64,000 nucleotides of DNA from Candidatus Altiarchaeales archaeon (GTDB lineage: Archaea; Altiarchaeota; Altiarchaeia; IMC4; SCGC-AAA252-I15): NCBI GenBank assembly GCA_014727915.1, contig WJMO01000005.1, positions 256,001 through 320,000 on the forward strand, given 5' to 3'. Positions 46,339 to 56,202 of this stretch are shown here, one piece after another. The translations under genes and the position numbers were made by a program. Under the pieces are notes generated by a model. That model had not been told where the DNA came from. It was given only the letters and a program-made list of their open reading frames with translations, and did no database searches. Numbering within the stretch: position 1 is the stretch's first letter; every line of letters begins with the position of its first letter.

Positions 46339-49300
46339 CTAATTCGCCTGTTTGCCTTCCCGGGATTTCTCCCTCTTCTCCTCGATCCTCTGCCTCAAGT
46401 ACTCGTAGGCTTTTTTGTGGTCCCAGATGTTCTGGGGAGTCTCCTGGTTTTGGCTCTCAGAGTGCGAGATAATCTCACGCGCCCACCCCCCGCATTCTCT
46501 GCTGTCCAACAAACCCATCTCCTCTCTCCTCTGGAGCAGCCTTCGAGGCGGGAGGGATATGGTCACACTACCCCTGTCTGGGGGGACTCCGGCCTCATCG
46601 TCCAGGATCGCCTCAAGGCCTATCTGCAATGCTATCCCCTCGAACTCTTCGGAGAGCGCTCCGCAGGTGTAGTATGGCTTGTCCGCTCGCCTGCAGCTCC
46701 TCCTGCTCGATAGCAGGGCCTCCGCGAGGGTTGGCGCATACTCTGTCTTCTCCCCCGCGCTCCTGGGGGTTTCTGTGAATGACTCTCCCAGGTCGTTAGA
46801 CCCGTATGATGCTATGTCATAGTACGGGTGCAGTGATGCCATCTTACTCAATCCCATCCTGGATTCATATTGCAATATGAAGAGGACCTGCCTGTCAGGT
46901 GATTTGCCCACCTGTTCGAGCCTGCGCATGATTCTATCGAATGATTCCCTGCAGGCCTGCACGTCGCTGATGTGCTGGGCGTTTGGCAGTATGACCCCCG
47001 TCTGCTGTCGTGCGGTCGCGGCAGACCTTATTATGGCTCCCATGTTGGCGTCGAGCAGCCTGCGCCTACGAGGCTCTGCTATGAACCTAAGGCTGGTCAT
47101 ACCCCCTCTAAGCGCGTCTGGCCCGTATGCCTCCTGCAGTATCGGGAGGTATTTGTCTTCTGTGATGTCGAAGGTCCTCTTTAGGCTTGGGCATTCCCTG
47201 TATTCCGGCGGTGCGTGGTCGTAGAGGTAGTCGTCCACCCTCGAATACCTCCTCGTCAGGTACTCCTCCAGAACCCTGAACGAGTCCGGTTCAAAAACCT
47301 CTATGTGCGTGGGGTGGTCGGGGTTTGCATATGCGATGAACCTCCCTCGGATCCTGCTCTCATCATCGTCGTTGCCTGCAAAGACCAGCAGTTCGTCGCC
47401 CTGATGCCTTAGTGTCAGCTCCTCTCTCAAGTCTGTCCTGACCCTCCATCTCCTGGCTCCTCCGATCTCATCAAGCGGTTCAACCGACTCTACGTGGGAG
47501 CCGGCGTTTATCAGGTCGAACCTGTCGAAGCTGTTATTGGCCTGTTGGATGTTGGCGTAATTGTTATCTCCGAGGGTGAACGCTGGAAGTCTGCTGTTAA
47601 GCTTGACTCTGAGGGGTTGGAGGTCCGTGCTCGTGGCTATCTCGGTCCTGAATAGGTAAAGCCCCTCAGCCCCGTATCTTGTTGCGCGGGCAAGCTGGCT
47701 TTCGTTGAACCCGTTCAAAGTGGCTCCCCCAACTATCCTGAAACCGTCCGATGTGACCATGTTCCTTATCTCCCCGACTTCAGGCTCTATCGATACCTTC
47801 TGGGGTAATACGATCGCGTAACCCCTTTCCGGGCCTTGCAGTTCACAGCCGAAGAACTCACCTATCCTCCTCCCTGGACTCTCTATCATAACAGAGTTCC
47901 GGTCGTCTATGGGGTCTGCGATTAGCACGGGAGTTCCGTCCTCTATCCTATCCAGTTGTTCGGGGTCCACTCCCATGATTATGGCTTGACGCGCGGCTCC
48001 CGCGGCGATAGCTCCATGGCAGTTGCTCTTGCCATGTAATGAGCCCCAGCCTTCGAATCCCATATGCCTCAGCTCGATCACCTGGTCGGGCGTCGGGTCC
48101 CTCGGGAGGATGGCAACCCATCCCTCGTGCAGGCGTGTTAGTGTCTCCTGCGTCTGCCTTCTCATCTGGAGCAGGTCTCCGGCTCTGAGGGCGGTTTCCT
48201 TGAGGCCTCCCTCCATTATGACCTCGTTGCCGTCTATCCGTTCTCCTTCCTTGTCGGCCCAGATCACGCCCAGGAGCTCTCCTACCTTGCCTGGTTCCTC
48301 TGTTGGCGCGTGTATGGTGGCCCATGCGCAGTTTGGGTTCTCGCAGAAGCCGCCTCGCGTGTCCGGGTTGTGGAATGTGTCTTCGACTATCATTACCTCC
48401 TGCCTTCCGCTTTCCATAGCCCTTCTCGCGATGACCGCAGTGCCGTCTTCTGGCTTGTCCAATGGTATCCTAGCATCTCCCGGGACTGTTTGGAAACCTC
48501 CTTTCTTCCACTCGTACCTTGAGACCAGCTCCCTGGAACTGGGTTCCAGCAGGTATACCCCCGCCTGTCTGAAAACGGGTTCCTGGCCCTTTGGTTTGAT
48601 TGCTCTGCGGAGCACGTATGCCAGGATGTGAGTCTCTGAGAATCCGTCTCTGGTGGGCAGCAAAAGAGTCCTCATGTCAGCTTCTGCGTTGGCCCTCTGG
48701 GCGTCGTCCATCTCCTTGGGTTTTCCCTGGTCGTCCAACATGAACTGGCATCTTATGGCCAGCTCCAGGTTGGGGTGGGTTTCCTCCCCTACTGTTAGTG
48801 GCAGTCCTAGGGCGTCAACGATGCCCTGTGTTACCGGCTGGGCTAGCCTGGTGGCCAACGGCATCCTCAACTGTCCCAGGTAGTCTGCTTCACCCTTCCT
48901 CATGGCCTTGAACTCCTTTTCGTCCGTCAGTCCCAGGGCTGCAATCTCAGCGTCGGTCGCGTGCTTTCTACCGGTGGTTATGATGTCCATGAGAGCGTCC
49001 AAACGCCTTATCTGCAGCGGCACCTTGTCTTCACTCACCAGCCCATAGTCTATCACCTTCCCCCTCTCCTGTAGGGGGTCTCTCTTGACTGGCCCGTAGA
49101 CTACCATGCCCGATTCTCCTCCGCTGCCTACCAGCACGACGTTGCCCTGTTCCCTGTGCCTCCTGATCAGGCCCAGTTCGACCAGCTCCTCCGAGAAGCT
49201 GGTATCCTGGAATCTTAGCTCTCCTCCTGATTGTCCTGAAGCTTGCGCCAGCATCTTACCGTACTCTTCAGGGTTATCCTCTCTTTTTTTGATGTAGTCT

Positions 49301-49866
49301 TTCACACGCTGCTGGAAGTTGTCATGGTATGCTACGGTCAGCATGTCTGTCATCTGGCGCACGACCTGCTCGTCGGGGCCAATGGCTATCATATCTATCT
49401 GTCTCGGCTGGTTGTTGTGCGCTTCCGGGCCTTGCACTCCGAGGTCTCTCAGCTGGTCTGACCTGCACATCTCCTGCCATCCGAGGCTTCCGGGGGCGTT
49501 TCCTTCACCGTCTTTTCCCACTGGTATGAACAGCTTGCAGTCTATGTCATCCGGGTTGCCTCCTGTCTTCTTGCACCGTGGGTTATGCTCTCTGATGATC
49601 CTGAAGGTCGTGGTCGCAGGCCTGACGTGCAGCTCCTGCAGTGCCGGGAAAGTCATCTCAACCAGCGTGAGACCCTGGGTTTCAGCCCTTCTCCGTAGGT
49701 CTTCCGTGGTTATCACACCTACCGATCTTGTACTGGCGACTTCTATGGGAGTTGCGCCGGTTATCTGCGGGCCCTGCTCCTCAGGCTTCCTTGGCTGCGG
49801 GGGTTCCTGGGCCTGCGGGGGTTTCACCTCCTTTTGAGGGCCTTTCGGCTGGTCGTCAGATGGCAT
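46339..49866 (-). CDS. Divergent HPr - GAF - PEP:protein phosphotransferase (Enzyme I) fusion
   Basis: LHVRPA...LGVQG...IAIGPDE (HPr); GAF-like segment; GKSNCHGAIAA; GAEGLYLFRTE; RTFDITEDK; QYES; SYGSNDL; TCGAL. Confidence 0.85.
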   Translation of the reverse strand: MPSDDQPKGPQKEVKPPQAQEPPQPRKPEEQGPQITGATPIEVASTRSVGVITTEDLRRRAETQGLTLVEMTFPALQELHVRPATTTFRIIREHNPRCKKTGGNPDDIDCKLFIPVGKDGEGNAPGSLGWQEMCRSDQLRDLGVQGPEAHNNQPRQIDMIAIGPDEQVVRQMTDMLTVAYHDNFQQRVKDYIKKREDNPEEYGKMLAQASGQSGGELRFQDTSFSEELVELGLIRRHREQGNVVLVGSGGESGMVVYGPVKRDPLQERGKVIDYGLVSEDKVPLQIRRLDALMDIITTGRKHATDAEIAALGLTDEKEFKAMRKGEADYLGQLRMPLATRLAQPVTQGIVDALGLPLTVGEETHPNLELAIRCQFMLDDQGKPKEMDDAQRANAEADMRTLLLPTRDGFSETHILAYVLRRAIKPKGQEPVFRQAGVYLLEPSSRELVSRYEWKKGGFQTVPGDARIPLDKPEDGTAVIARRAMESGRQEVMIVEDTFHNPDTRGGFCENPNCAWATIHAPTEEPGKVGELLGVIWADKEGERIDGNEVIMEGGLKETALRAGDLLQMRRQTQETLTRLHEGWVAILPRDPTPDQVIELRHMGFEGWGSLHGKSNCHGAIAAGAARQAIIMGVDPEQLDRIEDGTPVLIADPIDDRNSVMIESPGRRIGEFFGCELQGPERGYAIVLPQKVSIEPEVGEIRNMVTSDGFRIVGGATLNGFNESQLARATRYGAEGLYLFRTEIATSTDLQPLRVKLNSRLPAFTLGDNNYANIQQANNSFDRFDLINAGSHVESVEPLDEIGGARRWRVRTDLREELTLRHQGDELLVFAGNDDDESRIRGRFIAYANPDHPTHIEVFEPDSFRVLEEYLTRRYSRVDDYLYDHAPPEYRECPSLKRTFDITEDKYLPILQEAYGPDALRGGMTSLRFIAEPRRRRLLDANMGAIIRSAATARQQTGVILPNAQHISDVQACRESFDRIMRRLEQVGKSPDRQVLFILQYESRMGLSKMASLHPYYDIASYGSNDLGESFTETPRSAGEKTEYAPTLAEALLSSRRSCRRADKPYYTCGALSEEFEGIALQIGLEAILDDEAGVPPDRGSVTISLPPRRLLQRREEMGLLDSRECGGWAREIISHSESQNQETPQNIWDHKKAYEYLRQRIEEKREKSREGKQAN

Positions 49867-49910
49867 GTTAAGTACTGGGAGGGACAGGCTTAAAACATTG
49901 TGTTGGCGGT

Positions 49911-50750
49911 TTATTTGGCTGTTTCAGCTGCTTGGTAGCTGGTTCTAGCCAAGGGTTCGGATGTCACTTTTTCAAACCCCTTTTCAAACGCTTTTTCCTT
50001 GAATCGCTGGAATACCCTGGGTTCTACATATTCGACAACTTGCGTCTGCTTCCTTGTGGGTTGGAGGTACTGGCCAATCACGAGGAAGTCACAGCCCACT
50101 GCCCTCAGATCGTCCATCGCCTGAACGATCTCTCCCTCTTTCTCTCCTAATCCCAGCATTATGGACGACTTCGTCTTCAGGGAAGGGTTGAGCTTCTTCA
50201 CCTCCAATAGCGTCTGGAGGCTCCCCTGGTATGATGCCCTACTGTCTCTGAGATGTTGGAGCCTCTCCACGACTTCGATGTTGTGTGCGACCACGTCCGG
50301 TCCGGCGTTGACCACAGCTTCCAGTTCATCGCCTGTGTAGTCAGGTATAAGGACTTCTACCTTGGCTCCAACGCCCTTCAACGCCCTTATGCACTCTGCA
50401 TACCTTCCTGATCCCTTGTCCTTGAGGTCGTCCCTGTCAACGGATGTCAGCACTACATAAGCCAGATTCAGCTCTCGCACCGCTTCCGCGAGGTTGGCCG
50501 GCTCTTCGATGTCCAATTCATCACCGGCGTCCGAGCTTTTGACCGCGCAGAAACTGCAGTTCCTCGTGCAAGTTTCCCCCAGTATCATGAAGGTGGCTGT
50601 GCCGCAACCCCAGCATTCCCCCATGTTCGGGCAGCGAGCCTCCTCGCAGACCGTGTTGAGATTGTGCTTTCTCAGCACGTCTTTGACGCTTGCATAGCGT
50701 CCATGCCCCCCTATGGGGGCCTTCAGCCAATGGGGCTTCCCGGCTTCCAT
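49911..50750 (-). CDS. lipA: Lipoyl synthase
   Basis: CEEARCPNMGEC, CTRNCSFC, TSVDRDDL, GQYLQP and RTSY motifs. Confidence 0.96.
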   Translation of the reverse strand: MEAGKPHWLKAPIGGHGRYASVKDVLRKHNLNTVCEEARCPNMGECWGCGTATFMILGETCTRNCSFCAVKSSDAGDELDIEEPANLAEAVRELNLAYVVLTSVDRDDLKDKGSGRYAECIRALKGVGAKVEVLIPDYTGDELEAVVNAGPDVVAHNIEVVERLQHLRDSRASYQGSLQTLLEVKKLNPSLKTKSSIMLGLGEKEGEIVQAMDDLRAVGCDFLVIGQYLQPTRKQTQVVEYVEPRVFQRFKEKAFEKGFEKVTSEPLARTSYQAAETAK

Positions 50751-50785
50751 GGGAGAAGATAGGCAGTTAGGGTAAATTAGCTTTT

Positions 50786-52231
50786 CTATGGTCGGTCTCT
50801 GCTCATGTTCCAGTTCAGAACGGGCTTACGCGCAGCAAGGGCGTCATCCAACCTCTTCACTGGGGTTTTTTGGGGCGCGCCTGTGACAAGCTCCGGTGTT
50901 TCAACGCACTCGGCCGCTATTCTCTCCATTATGTCCGCGAACTCATCCAATGATACTTTGCCTTCGGTCTCAGTGGGCTCTATCATCATCGCCTCCTCCA
51001 CTATCAACGGGAAGTAGATGGTGGGCGCGTGGACTCCATAGTCCAACAGCCTTTTGGCGATGTCAAGGGTGTGCACCTTGTTCTCATGGGCCTGCCGCCT
51101 CCCGGATAGAACGAACTCGTGCATGCATGTCCTGTCGAATGGGAGGTCATAGTGTTCCCTAAGCCTCTTCATGAGGTAGTTGGCGTTCAAGACCGCCTGC
51201 TCGCTGGCATCCTTCAATCCCCGTCCTCCCAATGCTTTGATGTAAGCGTAGGCTCGCAGGATGACTCCGAAGCTGCCGTGGAATGCCTTCACCCTGCCGA
51301 TGGACTTTGAACTGCTGTTCACAAGACCGTATCCGCCCCTGTCCTTCACAATCCTCGGCACAGGGAGAAACGGCTCCAGGTCCTTCTTCACACCTACCGG
51401 TCCCGACCCGGGCCCGCCTCCGCCGTGGGGTGTGCTGAAGGTCTTATGGAGGTTCAGGTGCACTATGTCGTATCCCATGTCTCCCGGCCTAGCCTTTCCC
51501 ATGATGGCGTTCATGTTCGCTCCATCGTAGTAGACGAGCCCTCCTTTCTCATGGACGATCTCCGTTATCTCGCAGATGTTCTCGTCGAAGAGTCCGAGGG
51601 TGTTCGGGTTGGTGAGCATGAGGCCTGCAACGTCCTCTGTCATGTGCTCATTGAGGTCTTTGAGGTCCAAATCGCCCCGCTCGTCAGACTTTATGACAGT
51701 CACCTCATATCCGAGGTAGGCTGCCGTGGCTGGGTTGGTGCCGTGGCTGCTGTCCGGGACGATTATCCTGGCCCTCTCCTCGCCCTTGTCCTTGAACCAC
51801 GCCTTCATGAGCATGGTCCCCGTCAGCTCCCCGTGCGCTCCCGCCGAGGGCTGTAGTGTGAACGCCTCCATGCCGGTTATCTCGCACAGCATATGTTCCA
51901 GATCGTGCATCACCTGCAAAGCGCCCTGGCACGTCTCCGATGGCTGTAGCGGGTGCAGGTCCCTGAACCCCTCCAACCTGGCGGTGTCCTCGTTCACCTT
52001 GGGGTTGTACTTCATGGTGCAGCTGCCCAGGGGATAGAATCCTGTGTCGACGCCGTAGTTCAAGCTGCTGAGATTGGTGTAGTGCCTAACCACGTCGACC
52101 TCGCTCAGCTCCGGCAAACCAACACCATCCCTCAACATATCCTTTGGGATCCTTGGTTTGGCTTTGACATCCGACTCCCGTGGCAAAACCCCAACCCTGC
52201 CCTTGACGGACTTCTCCTTCAACGTCTTCAA
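50786..52231 (-). CDS. gcvPB: Glycine dehydrogenase (decarboxylating) subunit 2
   Basis: [40 protein letters not shown] and IEPTETE motifs. Confidence 0.96.
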   Translation of the reverse strand: MKTLKEKSVKGRVGVLPRESDVKAKPRIPKDMLRDGVGLPELSEVDVVRHYTNLSSLNYGVDTGFYPLGSCTMKYNPKVNEDTARLEGFRDLHPLQPSETCQGALQVMHDLEHMLCEITGMEAFTLQPSAGAHGELTGTMLMKAWFKDKGEERARIIVPDSSHGTNPATAAYLGYEVTVIKSDERGDLDLKDLNEHMTEDVAGLMLTNPNTLGLFDENICEITEIVHEKGGLVYYDGANMNAIMGKARPGDMGYDIVHLNLHKTFSTPHGGGGPGSGPVGVKKDLEPFLPVPRIVKDRGGYGLVNSSSKSIGRVKAFHGSFGVILRAYAYIKALGGRGLKDASEQAVLNANYLMKRLREHYDLPFDRTCMHEFVLSGRRQAHENKVHTLDIAKRLLDYGVHAPTIYFPLIVEEAMMIEPTETEGKVSLDEFADIMERIAAECVETPELVTGAPQKTPVKRLDDALAARKPVLNWNMSRDRP

Positions 52232-53505
52232 CCCAGCACCTCCACCAGACGGTCAAGGTCGTCTTTCCTGTGAATCTCTGTAGTGCACAAGAGCATCCTA
52301 TCATCGGAGACCATGTGACCAGGCATCATGCCGGCCTCCAAGACCCTCTCATAGGTGCCCTCTGGACACTCCACCAGGAACTCATTGTAGAACGGATGAT
52401 CGTATGCGAGGCTGAAACCGTCCAGCTTGGATATACTCTCGGACAGGTATGCGGCGTTACGGTGGCTCTCCAACGCCATCCTCCTAACACCCTCTGGGCC
52501 GAGCAGCGCCAGGTGGGCTGCTGCCGCGATGCCGCAGAGGCTCTGGGAGGTGCAGATGTTGGACAGCGCCTTCTCCCTCCGGATGTGCTGCTCCCGAGCC
52601 TGCAACGTAAGCGCAAAGCCGCGTTTCCCGTCCTCGTCTACTGTCTCTCCTACCAGCCGACCGGGCATCCTCCTGACATTCTCCAGCTTGGTCGCGAGCA
52701 CCCCATAAGAGGGCCCCCCGTATGACAATGGATTCCCATAGCCCTGGCCTTCGCAGACGGTGATGTCCGCCGGCGGAGGCTTCACCAAACCCAGCGACGT
52801 GATCTCCACCACACAGCATATCAAAAGGCTTCCATTCTCCGCCGCCTTCTCTTTCACCCCTGCCATCTCCTCCAGGCACCCGTGGTAGTTGGGGTTCTGC
52901 ATCACCACAGCGGCGGTTTCATCCCCCGGTTCCAGTTTATCCTGCAGGCCGTCATCCGATTCGACCACTGTCAGCTTCAGATCTCCCGCACTGCAGTATG
53001 ACTTCAACACCTCCACGTAATCGGGGTGTAGCAGGTCCGAGACGAGTATCTCATCCCTACCTGTCATGTTATGGGCCATGACGCAGGCTTCCGCCAATGC
53101 TGTGGACCCGTCGTACATTGTGGCGTTGCAGACCTCCTGGCCGGTGAGCTCGCACATCATGCTCTGATACTCGAACAGTGCCTGCAATACTCCCTGGCTG
53201 ACCTCGGCCTGGTACGGCGTGTATGATGTGTAGAACTCGCTCCGTGAGATTATGTGGTCGACGGCTGCTGGTATGTAGTGCCTGTAGGCCCCAGCCCCCA
53301 GGAAAGACGTGTCTGCCCTGTTCTTACCGGCTACCTCTCTCATGTGCCTGGCGAGCTCCTGCTCCGACAGGCCTTCCCCAACCTTCAAGCCCTCTTTCAG
53401 CAGTATCTCCGATGGCACGTCAGCGTATAGCTCATCAACGCCCTTTATCCCAAGGTATTCCAGCATCTGCTCTCGCTCTTCTGGGCTGCTGGGAGTGTAA
53501 CGCAT
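52228..53505 (-). CDS. gcvPA: Glycine dehydrogenase (decarboxylating) subunit 1
   Basis: [20 protein letters not shown] and [15 protein letters not shown] motifs. Confidence 0.96.
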   Translation of the reverse strand: MRYTPSSPEEREQMLEYLGIKGVDELYADVPSEILLKEGLKVGEGLSEQELARHMREVAGKNRADTSFLGAGAYRHYIPAAVDHIISRSEFYTSYTPYQAEVSQGVLQALFEYQSMMCELTGQEVCNATMYDGSTALAEACVMAHNMTGRDEILVSDLLHPDYVEVLKSYCSAGDLKLTVVESDDGLQDKLEPGDETAAVVMQNPNYHGCLEEMAGVKEKAAENGSLLICCVVEITSLGLVKPPPADITVCEGQGYGNPLSYGGPSYGVLATKLENVRRMPGRLVGETVDEDGKRGFALTLQAREQHIRREKALSNICTSQSLCGIAAAAHLALLGPEGVRRMALESHRNAAYLSESISKLDGFSLAYDHPFYNEFLVECPEGTYERVLEAGMMPGHMVSDDRMLLCTTEIHRKDDLDRLVEVLG

Positions 53506-53506
53506 C

Positions 53507-53905
53507 TTACTTTCCCTGTTCGCCGACGAACTCAGAGTATTCTCCAGCGTCCATCAGCCCGTCCAACTCTCCGGCGTCCTTCAACCTCAGCTTGAACATC
53601 CAACCTTCACCGTATGGGCTCTTGTTCACCAGCTCCGGCGAGTCCTCAAGCGAGCCGTTGACTTCCGCGACTTCCCCTGATGCCGGCGCGTATATGTCCG
53701 AGACGGACTTCACGGACTCCACCACGCCAGCGCCCTTGGACTTCTCAACACTGTCCCCTGTTTTCGGCAGCTCGACGAACACGACATCTCCAAGCGCGTC
53801 CTGCGCATAGTCCGTTATGCCGACGGTGGCGGTGTCCCCCTCGACTTTGACCCACTCATGCTCTTTCGTATATTTAAGATCATCCGGGAATTCCATCTGA
53901 TTCAC
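53507..53905 (-). CDS. gcvH: Glycine cleavage system H protein
   Basis: HEWV, GITDYAQ, VESVK (lipoyl Lys) and PYGEGW motifs. Confidence 0.96.
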   Translation of the reverse strand: MNQMEFPDDLKYTKEHEWVKVEGDTATVGITDYAQDALGDVVFVELPKTGDSVEKSKGAGVVESVKSVSDIYAPASGEVAEVNGSLEDSPELVNKSPYGEGWMFKLRLKDAGELDGLMDAGEYSEFVGEQGK

Positions 53906-55008
53906 CTCTTGATGAATGGTAGATTTACGACTTTAGCTTTATAACGTTTCTCCCGGACTTCAACCTCTATTCCCGACCCGAGTTCGCTGTCTTCGGCCTT
54001 CACATACGCCAGTCCGATGTTCCTCTTTAAGGTGGGCGAGTAGCTGCCAGACGTCACATGCCCCGACTCCCCGTCTGCATTGTACACCTTGTAGCCCTCC
54101 CGCGCCACTGCCTTACCTTCCACCTCAAAGCCGACGAGCTTCTTCTCCAACCCGTCGGCGTGCTGTCTGAGCAGCTCGTCCCGTCCTATGAAATCCCTCT
54201 TGTCGAACTTCACAGTCCAGCCGATAGTGGCCTCCAACGGTGTTGTGGTCTCGTCTATGTCGTTGCCGTAGAGCATCAGCCCTGCCTCAAGCCTCAGAGT
54301 GTCCCTCGCACCCAACCCTATGGGATGTAAACCCTGCTTTTCTCCCGCTTCCATCAGGATATCCCATGTCTCCTCCGCATCATCGGATTTCACATATATC
54401 TCGAAACCGTCCTCTCCAGTGTATCCCGTCCTTGACACCACCGCCTTCACGTCGCTGAACATGACGTCCTCCCTGAACCTGAACCTACTCAGGTATGTGA
54501 CGTCAGGATCGGTCACCCCCCTGATTATGTCCTCTGCTTTAGGGCCCTGCAAGGCTATCATGGCGGTGGTCTCGCTCACATCCCTCAAAGACACATCATC
54601 GGTGTCGTATCCCATGTCCTTTAGGTTCTTCTCGATCCAGGAGCAGTCCTTTTCTATGTTGCCTGCGTTGACTACCAGCATGTAATGCTCTTTGTTATGG
54701 ACGTAGACGAGGAGGTCGTCCACTATGGTCCCGTTCTCGTAGCACATGGGGGTGTACATGCACTGGTCCTCGTCCAAGGCTGACACATCGTTGGTGACCA
54801 TGTGGTTGACGAACTCTTCGGCCTTCGGACCGAATATTAGGAACTCGCCCATGTGGGAGACGTCGAACAATCCGGCCTTCTCCCTGACGCACTCGTGCTC
54901 TCCGATGACTCCACTGTACTGGACTGGCATGGCCCAACCATGGAATTCGACGAACTTGGCGCCGAGGCGCTCATGGACCTCATACAATGGTGTGGTCTTG
55001 GATGTCAT
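53902..55008 (-). CDS. gcvT: Glycine cleavage system aminomethyltransferase
   Basis: FDVSHMGE, QGP, RTGYTGEDGFE and GLGARDTLRLEAG motifs. Confidence 0.96.
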   Translation of the reverse strand: MTSKTTPLYEVHERLGAKFVEFHGWAMPVQYSGVIGEHECVREKAGLFDVSHMGEFLIFGPKAEEFVNHMVTNDVSALDEDQCMYTPMCYENGTIVDDLLVYVHNKEHYMLVVNAGNIEKDCSWIEKNLKDMGYDTDDVSLRDVSETTAMIALQGPKAEDIIRGVTDPDVTYLSRFRFREDVMFSDVKAVVSRTGYTGEDGFEIYVKSDDAEETWDILMEAGEKQGLHPIGLGARDTLRLEAGLMLYGNDIDETTTPLEATIGWTVKFDKRDFIGRDELLRQHADGLEKKLVGFEVEGKAVAREGYKVYNADGESGHVTSGSYSPTLKRNIGLAYVKAEDSELGSGIEVEVREKRYKAKVVNLPFIKR

Positions 55009-55078
55009 AGCTGCCTCACGCTGCGGTTTTATAGTAATTATCCCCAGCTATATAAATTCCCCTAGATTTAATTGATAT

Positions 55079-56167
55079 ATGCACAGGATGAAGCTTGTGA
55101 AGATGATATCATTGGATATGGAGTCCCGGAAGAACATGTTCCAGGACTATCTGGTGAAGATAGAGCGCATGCAGTCGAAGGTGATAGTGGTATCATTCGT
55201 GATAGCACTCTTCCTGGGCCTTATACTGCTGTCTGTCAGGTTGGAACTGATATCCATCGAAACCTCCCATCTGGCCATGCTGTCCAACATCATGCTCAGC
55301 ATCTTCGCGGTCATAGTCGCAACAGCCTTCCTGAAGATAACCACTCCGCTCCTCAACCGGTTCTTCTTCTTCCTCGACTCCTCTTCGAGGAGCATAGTGG
55401 TGCACGCTTGGAACTACGGCGTATGGTTCGTGGCTTTGCTGGCGATACTGGCCCGTTTCACCGGCCACATGCAGTCCCTTGGAATATCGATCGGTGTCTT
55501 CTCGGCAGGCCTGGCGATAGCATTACAGCAGCCCATAACCTCCGTTGTCGGGTGGCTCATCATCATGGCCAAGAAACCGTACCGGGAAGGCGACCGGATT
55601 GTCGTCCGCGAAATAAAGGGCGACGTCGTGGAAATAACGCTTTTCTACACGGTGCTGAGGGAGTTTGGCAGGGACATGGACGGCGACGACCCGACTGGGG
55701 TGAAGATAACCATACCCAACAACATAATACTCATGGAGCCCATCCTCAACTACACCTCCGAGTTCCCCTTCATATGGGACTATACCGCAGTCTCAGTTAC
55801 ATACGAGAGCGACATACAACTGGCCAGGAAGCTGGTCAAGGAGGCGTCGATGGAGGTGCTCGGCGACTCTATGAAGCGTGCGGTTGAGCGCATGCGGCCA
55901 CACCTCTACGGCACGCCCCAGGAGGCCGACCTCTCCGAAGATCCTGTGGTCTTCACCAAGTTCTCCGACTCTTCCGTGGTATTGGACGTCCGCTACATCT
56001 GCAAGGCAGTTCGCAGGCGCAGGGTAAAGAGCGACATCAACGAGAAGATCATCGAAGCATTCGGCAAGCACGACAACGTGACCATAGCCTACCCTCACCA
56101 GCAGCTGGTATTCCATGACGAGAGCATCGAAGGCATGATGCGAAAATACCTCCAAAAGAAAAGCTGA
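55079..56167 (+). CDS. Small-conductance mechanosensitive channel (MscS family)
   Basis: TM helices; GLAIALQ, PYREGDRI, GDVVEI, TIPN and IAYP motifs. Confidence 0.92.
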   Translation: MHRMKLVKMISLDMESRKNMFQDYLVKIERMQSKVIVVSFVIALFLGLILLSVRLELISIETSHLAMLSNIMLSIFAVIVATAFLKITTPLLNRFFFFLDSSSRSIVVHAWNYGVWFVALLAILARFTGHMQSLGISIGVFSAGLAIALQQPITSVVGWLIIMAKKPYREGDRIVVREIKGDVVEITLFYTVLREFGRDMDGDDPTGVKITIPNNIILMEPILNYTSEFPFIWDYTAVSVTYESDIQLARKLVKEASMEVLGDSMKRAVERMRPHLYGTPQEADLSEDPVVFTKFSDSSVVLDVRYICKAVRRRRVKSDINEKIIEAFGKHDNVTIAYPHQQLVFHDESIEGMMRKYLQKKS

Positions 56168-56202
56168 ACAATATATAACTTTCTCATTCGAATATTTCTA
56201 CT

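Noticed and set aside
46339-49866. Annotation as PEP synthase or pyruvate phosphate dikinase
   Set aside because: No ATP-grasp nucleotide-binding domain is visible; the N-terminus is HPr-like and the RTFDITEDK motif is EI-type.
55009-55078. Glycine riboswitch upstream of gcvT
   Set aside because: The intergenic space is only ~70 bp, AT-rich, and lacks the aptamer consensus.
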